A DNA stretch of 64,000 nucleotides from Botryllus schlosseri (Eukaryota). Positions 12,047 to 26,108 of the stretch are shown here, one piece after another. The stretch's first letter is position 1, and each line of letters starts with the position of its first letter. The notes under the pieces are model-generated. The model worked only from the letters and a program-made list of their open reading frames with translations. It made no database searches and had not been told where the DNA came from. A program made the position numbers and the translations under genes. The stretch lies in contig CM119371.1 of NCBI GenBank assembly GCA_051294905.1, forward strand, positions 17,796,001 to 17,860,000. Direction: 5' to 3'.

Positions 12047-15000
12047 ATCTAATCGCACCAATGCGTAGGAATTCATACTAACCCGAAGCTGTGGAGTGGG
12101 AGTTTCGTTAAATTCTCTCTTGATGGAGTTGAAGTCACCTAAATTTTGTAGTACTCCTTGAAGTCCGGAAACAGATATTGAGTTTTATAGTAAATATACC
12201 TATAATTGGATTTGCGTCCCAATCGAGTCATATCGCTTAGTCAACAATAATTCGAAAGGATATTCAACAGGAAGCGAGAATCCAATGAAGCGTCCTACCT
12301 GTATTTCCAAAGTCTCCGCACTCAATTATTCTCGACATGTTTTGATTAACGTACATCACCATGATAATTCATGACAGTGACCACGCAATAGTATGGATGC
12401 CCACAAAAACGGATATACGGTCCCTATATCAGGGTGTTCGATATAATTGGGGTTAAGCGCCTTGATATACTACCACTCACTCACTACCACTCGAAGCAAT
12501 ATTGAGATTGAAGATGCCAAATATGTTGAATTTCAAGTAAGTCGCTAATCGGATTGCGAACTTACACCATATCGACCTATAATGTCGACGTATAATGAAT
12601 ATATTGCCTGAAGCATCATCAGTGACGTTTTAAATTGCAAATGAGCGCCATATAGAGGAACTTGCGACTTCCGTCTTTATAAATTTAATACCTACAGATC
12701 CATCGCTAGAGCCTTGATATTCTTTCGGGGCGCTTTGTTTGCAATCATGTGAAGGCGTAATTATATACAGGTAGGTAGGCAACATTGTATAAGCGCGAGG
12801 AGCATGATTCGTCTGCAACCGTATTTTGTACAATTTTGTGGCAGTCGGGTGGGATAGGGATTCTATTTCAGAATTTGTTTCGGATAATTCCGGGCTAGTT
12901 GCAAAAGCAGTGAGCGAATCGGTTTTTCTTCTCGCTGTTATATAACACAGAGTAGATACTGCTCTTTTTTCGTTTGATTTGATTGACCAAGGGAAAGAAT
13001 TTTACGTGGTAATCTGGGTATTCAAATATGAATTCATGGCGATACCAGAATGGCCAAAAATAAAATCTCATAACGTAAACAATAAGCTATTTTTGGTCTT
13101 TTTGGCATATGACATAATATTCATGCCTTATGGCTCTGGCCCATGTAGTAGTGGGGATGACCCTGTTTTCAATGGGCCAAAAACATACAGCAGTGGTTTC
13201 TAACCAGGAGTTAAACCGGGGGTTGGTTTCCTTTATGCTTGTAGCCTCGAATGTGTTGACCTTTTTTTTTAGATATCAGCCCAACAAAGTTAAGGGTAGG
13301 ACACGGAATATTTGCAAATCGGAAATTGGGCTGTAAATATTTAAAAAAATGGTTTGGAACCAATGGATAGACAGTAAGTCTGATATGCTTTGATTGAACG
13401 TGAATTATTTCAGACTATCGTTATTTATGTATGGCAGGAATTCCCGAACACCCAGCGGTACGCCAGAGAAATTTTAGGAATACTCGAACAACTTCATTTT
13501 TGCGGCATTGTGACAAATATCTGCAACAGCGGTTTTTACGTTAGTGAGAAAAGCGAAAAAGAGGTGTATGTTTACTAAAGGTATGTAGCGTTTAGGGCTT
13601 ATACCACTATTGAACAAACTATCTCGACGGCCGCATTCAACCTCTGAATCCAATCGCGGGTCGCTGGTCGCACTAAAGGAAAACTGGGATTGAACGCAAT
13701 ATTTTATTTAAAAATAAAGTGACCGTAGACATGTAAACAATATATATATATATATTTGAAACGAATCAAATATTTATTAATGGTAGCGCACGCCGTCGGA
13801 ATATTAGCATTAGCTATATTGGGCCTATGTAACTTGGTCTTCAATATCTGAAGGTCTGTGCCGATTGTCGGAAAAATATGGAAATTTCCATCCATGAGCA
13901 GCGATCTGTTGATAAATCTGCTACTACTGCTGTCTTCAGCAAATGTTTTACTGTGCTAATGTGCTACCTGCCGGTCCGAGGTCAGGCTATTGCCCCAGCA
14001 ATGGAATGAAAACAATCCTACAGTTAATAATATCACGGTGAAACTTTTTAAAATCAAATTTAATCAACTCGAAGCTGTATCAACATAATTACTACGCATC
14101 TTATCAATATTTCTCTAATTTGTCTTGAGGCCTTCACAGGCCGCACAAATTATTGTCGAGCGACGCATGCGGCCGGCTTATACCAACATGTTTTTCGATT
14201 GCTCCACTTACAGTTCGGAGAAAGGTTTTCCAAGCATTCCATGATGAAATGCCATATTTTCGGTTGAACGCAATTGACCAATGTGTCTTTACAAAACAAT
14301 TCCAAAAATAGGTTTTCTCGTTGAGAAGCGCCAAGCTGCATGGGCTGTGGCATAAATGTACGGAAATAAGTTTGAAAGCGAAAATATGCCTACGTAGAGT
14401 CTGTGTTTTTCTTTAGTTGTACGTTATTCATGCAGATAAATGGAAATACTTTAAGGGCATCTGATGTTGGCTAGTTGAACCTATTTCCATCGACATTTAG
14501 CTAACCGACACATAAAAAAGAAAGAAATATTTCCGTCCGAAATGCATTAAACTGTGCGAAAATCATCTGACCGAATCACCAAACGTTGTAAACTCCACCG
14601 GAGTGTGGCATATTCATGATAGGGCCAAGTCCGTCTTAGCTTGTTCCGGTCATTATTTGATTGCCAATGGATACCAGTCCTGCAACCCGTCTGCATCAAA
14701 GTCGCGAAATTGGCGGGTCGCTCGAGCAATCCTGACAGTTGGTCCATCTACAATGACCTTGAATTCCGAATACTAATATTTTTAATTGATAAATGATTAC
14801 GAAAAAAATGATTCCGAGAGCTCGGAGTTCGGTTGGAGTTATAGTTATGGGATAATCTTTCATTCGAATTCGATGTCCGATAACAAAACATCGGCAGCGA
14901 TCTGAGTAGCGAAGATTGTTCACATAACTTCAACCGGAAGTATAATCACCGCAGAGCATGTCAGCAAAATCACAATTGCAATTTTAAAATCTCTCATCGA

Positions 15001-16170
15001 TCCGTTTGCAATCAACATATTCGCCCCACGACACATTATATAGTAGTATAGCTCTAATTCGCTAATTTGATAATTTAATTTGATAATCGCATAACGAAAT
15101 GCTCCCGTTTCATGTATATACTTGTCACCACAGTTGGTATTTGCGCCATGAGCCGATCATTATGCTCGGTTCGACTCAAATACCGAAAATCTTCACAAAA
15201 TGATATAAACATCTTCTTGGAGGCCAATGTACATTTGAATAGTATATTCATGACGAAATGAACCAAAATATTTTCGGCTGACACTCGTCAGGGGTAATCG
15301 TCAGCAATTAGTCGAGAATTCAAAAGAACATAGTATATCAACAATCGTATCACAAAATATGACGATATAAATAAGGATTACTATTCATCGACGACGTATC
15401 AGTCACAAACAACGTGCCTGGGGCCAGAGACATTGAATTCAACTTGAATGTCTTCAACAAAGCAGCGATCGTTCGCGTACTTCATATGTCTTCCGATAAT
15501 TTTGAATATACCGCCCCCGGCCGCGGCGTATCGATTGACGAAGGACGACGCATCTTTTCGGGTATCCCCTAGTTTTGGTAATCGAATAGTAAACAAACCA
15601 CACCGTCTGAAGGTGCCGCTATAGCGACGCTTAATTGCCTGCGAACGAAATCGAAATTTCAGATAAATTCCATTGACGTTAATGCTACTACTTGATAGTG
15701 ACGATACTGCTACGCATAACCTGACCAATTCGTATAGTACTCGAGCGTCCGACCGCCAAGACAGTCACTGCATTCCGACGTCGAAGAATAGTGTAAAGTT
15801 ACCACATAATTGATAGTTCGTTTATCACCGTTAGTTTATCATTATTAGGAAGTAGGGCCTAAAACTGTGAAGCGAGTGAGGAAAATTCGTTATGAATGTG
15901 GGTGAAGCAGTACTGTTAAAAGTGGGTTGAACATGACATGAACTAGAAAATGAACACGAAACACAACACCTTGAACGACTAACGACAAAAATCAAATACC
16001 TAATAGTTTTTCGCGGGGTTTGAACAAATTACTGCTGCCTGCTTTCTTATTAAGCCTATGCATATATAACGGATTTCAGAGGCTCTGTTCTCCAACACAT
16101 TTACTTGCCAACTACATAATTCTCAAAAATAAGATGATTGGCCTATGAAATTCGGTTATAGACCGCCACC

Positions 16171-16580
16171 TAGGATTGCATTTAAAACAAACGGTGTTTT
16201 AAAACACTTTGTATTTGAAAAAAATTGTTTTTTTAAGTTGTAAGTTTATGCCGTAATTGTGTAAATACTTTACAAAAAACATGTTGTATGAGCCTACGGA
16301 CAATTGCCACCCAATGTAGCCGACGTATATCGATATGGGATGCATGGTTGGAACCCTCAAAATAGTCGGTTCAACAGCAATATTACATACATTTCGTCAA
16401 AGGAGCTATTTTTACCCTATATTTTCAATTGTCAATGTCAGTTCACTATGGCGTCACAATTGAATATCCGTGAGATCATGGATTAAAAGAATATAAAAAA
16501 CAATGAAAAACATATTTAAATCAGGGCCTTATTTTAAACATGTTTGTTTTAAATTGATTTTTGTTTTAAATGCAACCCCA
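16171..16580. mobile_element. MITE, paralogue of 9050-9376
   Basis: TAGGATTGCATTTAAAACAAA ... TTTTAAATGCAACCCCA; the internal sequence aligns with 9050-9376. Confidence 0.65.
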
Positions 16581-17143
16581 CCGCCACCACAGGGACTCTA
16601 ACGACGATGTAAGTTGGGATCTTTCAATGCTCTATTTTCCTTAGTCGTGGTGCAGCGTTGGTTCTGAGTATGACTTCAACGTTCAATTCAACTGTATTCG
16701 CAGTCGTTGGAATTAGATTCGTTGTTATTGAATGACCTTGCGGGTTGTAACTTCTAAATTGCGTGCAGCGGTTTCGCATTATCGTTTTTGTCCCTGTGAA
16801 TAACAATCGTTTGATTCATTTCTCCCAAAAAAACTGTAAACTGAGTGTGGAAATTTTAGCCATCTCTGAATTTTGTTACTAATGTCTCCGACAAGTTCCC
16901 AATGGTGACAAGAATGGAAACGCAACACTGTGATCGGATGGTTATTTAAGGTGGCCCATGAACATTGAACATGGTCGAAATTTGCTGGCTTGGAGATCAT
17001 TAAGATGAAAGTATATCTCAACTTTTACTGGAAAAGATCTGGAAAATGGATAGACCCAAATATTTTCTCATTTACTCAAAATTTCTTCGCGGGCAGGATG
17101 AAATCGTGTGGCGGCTGTTCTAAACTGTAATATTGCATTTCAG

Positions 17144-19362
17144 GATAATGCGAGTATTCTGATAATCCAAATAACTCTGTACCATGACAAGCCGATTCTT
17201 CGTCACCGACATTTTCCTCCTCCAGTTCGCATTTTTCAGTCTTCAGCAGTCAGCGGTAGGCATTGTGCATGATATAGTGAAAATCACAATCCTAACAACA
17301 CTACGTTAATCGTTACAGTGTCAAAACCAATGAGCCGCGTAGGAATACCGCCGACTCCCGTTAGCGAAAACAACAACCAAACGTCCAGATGGCAGTCTCG
17401 TGATGATGACAGAGATATCACGATTAACGGTGCTGGCGCCGCGTATTGTATCTCAACTCTAAAGCCTATTACGAAAACGCACGGATGCGATGGAACATTC
17501 AATTGTCGCGATCTATCCGACGAATACCTATGCACGATGACACATCCAGAAATGAATATCTGGGGTACCATGGTTATGAACTCGAGACCCCGTTCTCTGC
17601 CCCAAAACATGACTTTTCCTGAAAGGGATAGACATCGTACAGCGCAGAGCTTACGGGATATATTGTCACACTCGCAAACTCCGGAAAGCGCATTAGATTT
17701 CCTATACAGAGCTTGCATACCAGGGATAAACAACGAGGTGTTGCGGGAAGATGGTACAATGGCATCACCTTGCGATTTTTGCAAACATAAAGAAATTTTA
17801 TGCTCAACATCCCTCTCAAGTCAGGATGACGGGGTCGCTAATGATCAATTTAACAAACATAAAATGTGCGTGAGCTCGCTTGAGGTTTGCGACCGTGTTC
17901 AGCAATGCCCAGGGGGCGAGGACGAGATGTACTGCGAAATAGGCATGAAGGATGGACATCGCAGTCGTGCAGAAATATCCAAGAAGTACAAGTCCGATAA
18001 CGGTAGCAAAGTTGTAGCGACATGCGAATCTTTAAGAATTGGGATCCAATCATTTCTCGAGACCGTCAAGTCAAAGGCACTTCATCACAGCACTGGAGGA
18101 ACCATGAACCAGCGATCGATCGATCTCGAATATAAGCGACACCGAATTGAACATTGGCCGGGTGAGGTACACCATATTTTGCCGCCCCTCTTCTCATCGA
18201 AATCAATTCTCCTCTTGGACACCCAATCTAGCAATCAATCCCTAACCATGTCCAGTTTATGCGACCACATAATCGACTGCCCCGGTGGCATTGACGAGAT
18301 GGTGTGCCCGCGGAGGTTTTATTGTCAATCTGGCTGTCCACTCTACGTGAATTCGTCTGTAACATCGGACGGTGTCAGCGATTGCGAAGACGGTAGTGAC
18401 GAATGGTTCGAGATGAGACAGCGGAAATGGGCTTTCGCGTCCAAGGACAGAATGGTGAAAGATTGGTACGTTCTGGCGTTTATGTGGCTGGTCGGAGTAT
18501 TCGCGGTTATCGGAAACTCGATGGTCATCGTCAAAACGCTGCAGTCGTTGTTATCGCTCCATCACATTCACCCCTGCACTAAGTTAAGGACTCTGGCTAT
18601 GTCTCTAAGATTATCAAATAGACCACGATTAGCCACATGTTAGGGGCGCTTCAAGGTTCAAGATATCTCACGCAAAGTTAAGACTAGAAGCGTACCGGAT
18701 GGGCGGACAAAGTCGATTCGTATTTGGCACAACGTGTTCATTTTGAGGAGTTATTCGCCGAATTGCTTCCCTCGTATTCGCGTTGGAAGTACTTTGGCTT
18801 TTACAGTACGCATAGCGTTTGCCTGCCAAAGCTTTTCGTTTCGGTTGGAAACGCAACATGGAAGCACGCGGCCGCGTTTCTATCGCTGAATCTGACCGCT
18901 TTCGTGTACATTCTCGTGACTTATCTCATCATATACAGATGGTCGAAAATAAGCAGGATTATTCAACGCAACCATGCTGAGAGGTGTCCCGAAAGTGTCA
19001 CCGAAACACCCGCTCATAAAAACAAAATACTTCCCTCTATCGGTTGGCAGAAGCTTCGAAAATTGCGGAAAGACACTCGCTTCGCGAAAAGCGAAACCTT
19101 GAACGTCAGTAACACCAGTATACAAAAACGTAACGAAATGCAAAAGATGCGGGTCCGCATCTTTTTCCTGGTATCCACCGATTTCATATGCTGGGTTCCG
19201 ATATGCGTACTTGGGTTCATGCATCTGTTCGGGTTTGATATATCGGACACCGCGTACATTGTGTCGGCCGTCGGCCTTCTCCCGATTAACAGCGCTCTGA
19301 ATCCGATTCTTTATTCGAACTGTTTGTGCGTGTTTCCTAAAATGTTTCGTTGTCGGAAGTGA
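17144..19362 (+). pseudogene. LDLa-GPCR paralogue, disrupted
   Basis: ORF 17318-18643 matches the LDLa region and TM1 of copy 1 and ends at an in-frame TAG (18641). The same frame continues as ..RTKSIRIWHNVFIL (copy 1: RKKGVRIWNSVFIL). At ~18745 it jumps, with a frameshift, to ECL2 (ELFAELLPSYSRWK vs ETLSLSLFPLYSEWR), so most of TM2-TM4 (~480 bp) is deleted. TM5-TM7 are intact to 19362. Candidate acceptor tttcag ends at 17143. Confidence 0.85.
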
Positions 19363-19612
19363 ATTCTAGAGGTCGACAGTAACCAAGCACTTGTACCTTT
19401 TCGAAGTAGGTGTTGCTTACTCTCACTATACTTGTTGCTGTTGTTTCGTTATTCCTGGTGTTTTTCGACTGCAATCTTCATTTACAACATACCGGTATTC
19501 CGTGTCTGCCCACTTTGAAGCATGGCCCACCTCTACTGAACTTTCAAGACACCGCTTCCGTGAATTGGAGGGCGAAGAAGAGTCTTGAACTACTTAACGA
19601 ATTGGTTATGAC

Positions 19613-20154
19613 TAGGGCGATTTTTTGACATGTCGAAATGAGTAAAAATTTTGTCAAATTTGTAGCGTTAGGTCAAAAAATTGTCAAAATTGTTTGCAAA
19701 GTCTAAAAAATTTGACCCCTGCATTTTGTTTGTATCGTAGATTTTGCACAGTCGATGAACTTGGCATTTGATAGTTTACAGCTTGTGGCCTACTTTAAAG
19801 GCCTACCGTTGTAGATGGCCCATTGTCTGCTCACTGAGAATCATGAACGGTCAAATGAAACAACTAGGTTGACATGGTGTTATAGTCAACGTACCGTAAT
19901 ATCCTAACTGAAGCAAGACTGTTTGGACATTGCATAGTTCTTATATCAAGAAGCGCATGATGAAAAATTGAGACGTAGACAACATTGTCAAAATGAAGCA
20001 CAACTTCGGTATTTTTAGCCAACAGCTGCTGCTGTTGAACGTTCTTTATCCATTTTTGGCAAGCTACTTAGTAAGGACAGATAATTTTTAGCAGAGAATG
20101 TAGGAAAATATCTTTCGTTGTACTACAACAGATTTTAATTATTTCCACCATAAT
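19613..20154 (+). mobile_element. Partial TIR element (TAGGGCGATTTT family)
   Basis: Begins TAGGGCGATTTTTTGACA and aligns with 57730-58589 and 63740-64000. Interrupted by the hAT insertion at 20155. Confidence 0.6.
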
Positions 20155-21382
20155 CCGTGTTGCCAACTCCGGATGGAAGAAAATCGCTAAAACTGGTGTC
20201 AAAAATCGCTAGATGTCGCTAAATATTGATAAAAAAGCGCTAAAAAATAGCGCTAAATCTACATTAATTGCTAAAGGTGTTAAATTTAACCATTATTTCA
20301 ATACATTCTTCTAAGCTATATTTCTCTCGTCTGAGGCCAAACTCACTTACCATATTTCTAGTTCATAATCCGTAATAGTCATCTCTAAGCGGGACAAAAC
20401 GTGCAGAGCATTTTGATAAAGCAGATCGCTTTGCGCAATGATCGCTATACGTGACTACTGACCAGGTTTGCAGGCATAACCGCTCACTATATATGCGCGT
20501 GCCTTGCTCGATGCGTCCGTAAATACGTGATGCGATGTACCGCGGAAATGCGCTTGACTTCTTCTCTAAACTGTGTTGGAGTACTTGAACACGACATGCG
20601 ACTTGACACACGTGTACACGACATTGGACTTGACCCGACACAACGCGACTTGAACCGGGTTTGCCAGCCACTATAAGTAGAAACATTAGGAAAATAATCT
20701 GAGGACCAACCCGGGGTATGAATTGTAATTAATCTGGTCTTAAACAAAAGCCAGTGTCACACTGATTCCGACAATACGAACAAAATTCTTGTCAAGACAA
20801 TGGAACGACCTCAAAACAGCCCCCAAAGTCTGAAAATCGGCATTGATCAGAACAATCGCTGGATTAAATTGGTCATTGTTATGTTCATTGTGTTGCGGCG
20901 GTGCCATTGTTGGAGCAATGCCGGTTTTCAAACTTTGAGGGCTGTTTCGGGGTGCATGGTTCCATTGTCCGGACGAGATTTTATTTTGTATTTTCGAAAT
21001 CACTGCGACAACTATCTTTCGATCATGGCCAATTATATTAAATTTCAGCGCTCAGGTCGCCAGATGTACTCAGCAAGAAGAGACACTGTTTACCCATGCG
21101 TAACCGCCAGGAGTTGCGTATCTCTACTATCCAAAGTCACTCAACTATGACAAATCGTCCAAACGTATTTTCATGGAGCGAGAAATGTTGCACAACTTGA
21201 TGTTATGCTAGCCAAAACTGATCTTTATTGGTTATTTTCGGTAAAAAAGCGCTAAATAATCGCTAAATACTTTTTCAAAAATCGCTAGATTTATGGCTAG
21301 GCGCTAGATCCATATTTTTTGGCGCTAAACCGGATGAAAAATCGCTAGATCTAGCGCGAAAATCGCTAAATTGGCAACACTG
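20155..21382. mobile_element. Non-autonomous hAT element with ATCGCTA subterminal motifs
   Basis: TIR CCGTGTTGCCAA / TTGGCAACACTG. Perfect TSD ACCATAAT (20147-20154, 21383-21390). Confidence 0.85.
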
Positions 21383-22792
21383 ACCATAATAAGTTTTTTT
21401 TTAGGTTAACATAATTCAAATACGTACTTTGAATTCGCCACTTCCACATCTAGTCTACTGGCCGTTACCATTGCTTCAACATAGGATCTATGACGACTTT
21501 GACTGCCTCTGCTCAATTTATCTTTGACATGCATCGATAGTTGCTCGACGAGGGGTGGGCAATTATTTTCCCCGCGGGCAAAATGTAAACCCGAAAATAC
21601 GTAGCGAGCCAAGACAAAAGAGACTATATTCTGCGACATACAGCTTTATTTTTAAATCTAATGCAAAATTTGTTAACACATGCTTCTGAGTGGACTGAAC
21701 GTGTTAGTGGCTTGGTAAAACAGCCTTACTGTTTTGCTAGATTCGCTGGAAGCTCTTTCACAGCGATCGAGTGCACGTGTTTCACAGCATGATTTTTTCT
21801 CATAATGCCGACTCAATTATATTCCTCAAACACGAAGAACTGCTTGGTGCTCATCATAAACTTAAAGAACGCTTCTCGGCTGACTTATTCAGTGCTCAAA
21901 ATGTTGTTGAAATGTCGGCCATTCAGCCGCATGTTTTATTGCTTGACATAACATCGTTTGTAAGTGAGGATGACCGCGAATCACATGCATTGATTGAATT
22001 AATTTATGAATTAGGATCTGGAAAGGTAGCCTATAACGTAACAGTTTGAAGCGCAGACCTTGTAAATCTTAATGTAACAATTTCGTAACTAGCAAGATTT
22101 GACCTTGAATATTCATTTATAACTTTATTTGTTACGGCATACTATATCTGCTTTATTTTGAAGCTGAATACGACACACAATGTAGGTATCGGTTACGTTA
22201 TCACGTTACATATACAAACTACAGACTTCAAAGTAAACGCATGTCTGGTTCAGTTTGTACAGACGATGGATTTAGTCAACGCATTAACATTATAAAGTAC
22301 ATTTTATAATCTAAATTCCTAGGAACTTTAGCGGCTAGTCTGAATCGAGTCGAGGGCCTCACATTGCCTAGGTGTGGTATATGTACTGTCGCTGCGATTT
22401 CGAAAATATAAGTTTAAATATGATCAGGCACTGATCCACCTAGAATCCGCCCTCCAAGTCTGAAATATCGGCATTGTCCGAACAATCGGAGCGCCGCAAC
22501 GGGTCCTTTTTATGGTCATTGTTTTGCGGTTGTCATATTGCTCTGAACAATGCACATTTCAGATGTCAGAGCCTGACCACATTTTAATATATATTTTTGG
22601 AATAAGTGCAACAGTAGATTTCGATCAAGACCAGATTCAGTATATTCTGCGTACTATAAGAAAACTTTTGGATTGCCAGAAATCCTACTGTCGCTAACGC
22701 AGAACAATTCTGATTCCAGCCTCAGCGAAGCGGAACGAAGCCGTAAAATCGGTCATTGCCATTTCGTATTACATTCTCTAGTTACTATAGGG

Positions 22793-23516
22793 CAGGGCCG
22801 GCCAACCCGTGACCCGCGGGCCACATGGGGCCCGCGAGAAGGTTTTGAGTGGCCCGCGAGGTAATTTCCGAAATTTCTAATATCATCAAAAGTGGATTGC
22901 ACAGATCGTGAACTTGCAAGACCAACCAAAAATTTGATTAGTCTGGCCGCAACACTTGAGATGTGATGACTAAAATATCAGTTTCGACTCATTGACAGAT
23001 CCATCAACCATTCATATATTGGTATATCTTCGTACACTACAATAAAGCAGAATAATTTGCGATAGATTTATCAAAGATACAAATTTTCTACAAGCTTAGC
23101 GCAATATGTTGTCACTCGATTTCTTGTTCTTAATATTGTTGCCCTTTTGTGAAAATTGAAGAACAGCCAATGTATCAGATTGAGTCTAACTATATTAGCG
23201 ATTACGAGACAAAGTGTCGTTCAACATATGCGACCTTGCGTTTGCGCTCGCAATGAGACCGTCAACTATGAATCCTAGGCACGAAATGATTGACGCATGT
23301 TGGTCGCAGCTTTCGATATCAATATGTCCATGCGCCGAATAGCCCAGTCCTCGCAAACTTAGCCCAGCGATATACAGCAGGCCCGCAATATAGTCAAGTG
23401 ACAATATTATTGACCTATGAACTTCAAAAAATGTTCGCGCTTCGCGCGGATAGTGGCCCGCGCAAAAGTTCGTCAATCGAATGTGGCCCTTTGGCTGAAA
23501 AGGTTGGCCAGCCCTG
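22793..23516. mobile_element. Non-autonomous hAT element
   Basis: TIR CAGGGCCGGCCAACC / GGTTGGCCAGCCCTG. Perfect TSD CTATAGGG (22785-22792, 23517-23524). A related end lies near 30020-30350 in the opposite orientation. Confidence 0.88.
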
Positions 23517-26108
23517 CTATAGGGATATACCATTCCTTCACAGAGGCGAATACAGATAAATTTCATTTCTGTAAATTCCAAGTATTCAAAAATATGGGGT
23601 TCTGCATTTACTGCATTTTCTGCATTTTCCCCTCCTCTACCCTGCCTGAGTATTAACCGCGCAAGCAGAAGCTTTTCAGAGACGCCAATCTCGGAAAAAT
23701 CTTATGATAACATCAAACCAATTTGTAGAATACAAACATCGGCACATTTCCATGATCAAGCCTTATCGTCGCAACCACTTTTCTGCATCCATAGTTTATC
23801 GGATTTAGTACCCAGCACAGTGACTTAGAACATAAACAAACTAACCACAGGAGATTGCGCGAAGCGCGAAAAAGTGGTAACGAGAAATTCAGCAAATATC
23901 ACATGCTTATCAACAGATCGCTCGGGTGCAGTCGCGACCCTGACTTATACCCATGGCGCCATGTTTGGTCGCGACCTATACTTTAAGAACCCCTAGTGCA
24001 GGGGTGGGCGAACTTCTGAGCTCGCGGGCCGCATTTAACATCTGAATCCGTTCGCGGGCCGCACTATATAAATTGGGATTATAGACCAAAATGCAATCCT
24101 GGTATTTGATTATATAGTGAGGACATATGGAGATACGCGAGACACGGGTCAGAAAGACAATGAGATGAAAGTATGAGAGATGAAAGTCGGTTGTCCCGAT
24201 TCTTAGAACAGGATTGAAATTTAGATCTGTGAGCAGCGATCTGTTCATAAGGACTGGTTACATGTTCGACTCGACCAGGCGTTCAAGTCGTCTCCGGTAA
24301 CGTCACGCCTCATCTCCGAGCTGACTCGTAAATTGCCCTGTTTACATGATCCTTCCGGAAGCTGTATCGTGGGCGACCGCTTCACCCCTTACATATATAT
24401 ATATATTCGTAGTAAGTCTGGTGGACAAAGGTACAACGACAATGTGTGTTTGGTCGTCCTCTGAAACGTTTCTTATCCTCGTAATTAACGAGAATGATGA
24501 GATACTCATAATATCGGTATTTGTAGAGGAAAATAATCTTGTTCATATCATGATTGTAGAGAAAAACAACAAGTAGCCTATAAGTTATCAGCTAGCTTTT
24601 TCGGCGTCAACGAAGATTGGCCGTGGAGTAGGCGGGAGTAAAGACTGTTTTGATATTTCCATCACTTGTCGATGTGATTAAAATAAGGTCATTACCACTC
24701 AAGTGACCCACTTGCAAACCCCATGTTCTAAAACACAGTTTGTTTTGTCTACGCCAAAAAATTATTCCGTGAGCGTTGAATTTTCATTACGAAAATAGAA
24801 TCGCAATGGAGCTTTGTAACGGTCGGTTTCAGTTATCATTATGAAAGAATCTGGCATTGTCATGCTTACAGTTGCGGAGCATTCCAACGCCCTGCGGATT
24901 ATCCTACGTAAGAACGGGTCGGTTATCCGATCCGCGTAAGCGTTATCTTAAACCAGACCGGAAGTCGGCTGCGGTACAAGTCAGTAGCTATACGGAATCA
25001 TATTAGAGAGTGTCGGCCTAGTATAAATGACGAAGCAACATTGCAAGATTCAGTATGCAATCACCTTTGTAATCGGAAAATACCATGATTAGGACAAACA
25101 ACAACAAATGGCCGCGTGAGCTACTCGAAACGGTGGTACCGAGTTCGCCGTCCGAAATAACGACAGCGATCCGCGTAGGGTAGCTTATTCGAGTATAACT
25201 TCAAGCACATCAGTTATATTGCGATAGCAATATTCAAATCTTTCATTTTGTCATTTATCCATTTGAATTCGACTTGGTATTCCGAGTGCACAGTGTAGAA
25301 AAGGCTCGAATTGGATAGTCTGTCAATTGCCGCACCGATAGCAAATCCGTCTACTACTGATCTCGCCTGATTCCCTTCAGTCAATGGCCACTGCCGAGTT
25401 ATCAGGAATTATATTGGTCACGTGCAAGATTCTAACCAAGTAACAAAGTCCCGAGTCACAAATCAAACTTACTTTTATAATTATGACTCGAGAGTCAAAT
25501 TGAGTCATTTCAAATCACCACCGAGTCAAGTCCGAATACAAGTCAACGAGAAAATGATCTAGTCTGAGTCACAGTGTTAAGACTCAAGTCCGAGACCACG
25601 TCATAGTGTCAATATTCTTATCGAGTTCAAGTCAGGCTCAACTCACTATTTTTAAAACTGTTGGGTGATATCTAACGCCTTGCATTCATAATATACCCAT
25701 TTCAGTCATTCTGAGCACAGTGTCTTCACCTTGTTTCCAAATATTGGTCGTGATACACGAGACTTCAATCAATTCATATATATTAGAATATCCAGAGTGA
25801 AATGACTCGGTCGAGTCATGGGCAATGACTGGAGTACAAGTCGGTTCTATGCAGAAAATGACTCGTAGACTCAACAAAAATTTGCGACTCGTGTCGAATC
25901 ATGACTCCTTTAAATCCCAGTTAAGAACGTCTGGTAATGATATACAGCGTGTGATATGGATTTTTTCCACGGATTCCGATGTACATTTGCCATGCCTACC
26001 TAAACTCGAACATGCGTACCGCGCCTAAAGGACTCCTCATGAACGCTTGCATTTCTATGCTATAGCTGATTAGGAACAAACCTTATAAACTGAAATGTCG
26101 CATTACAG

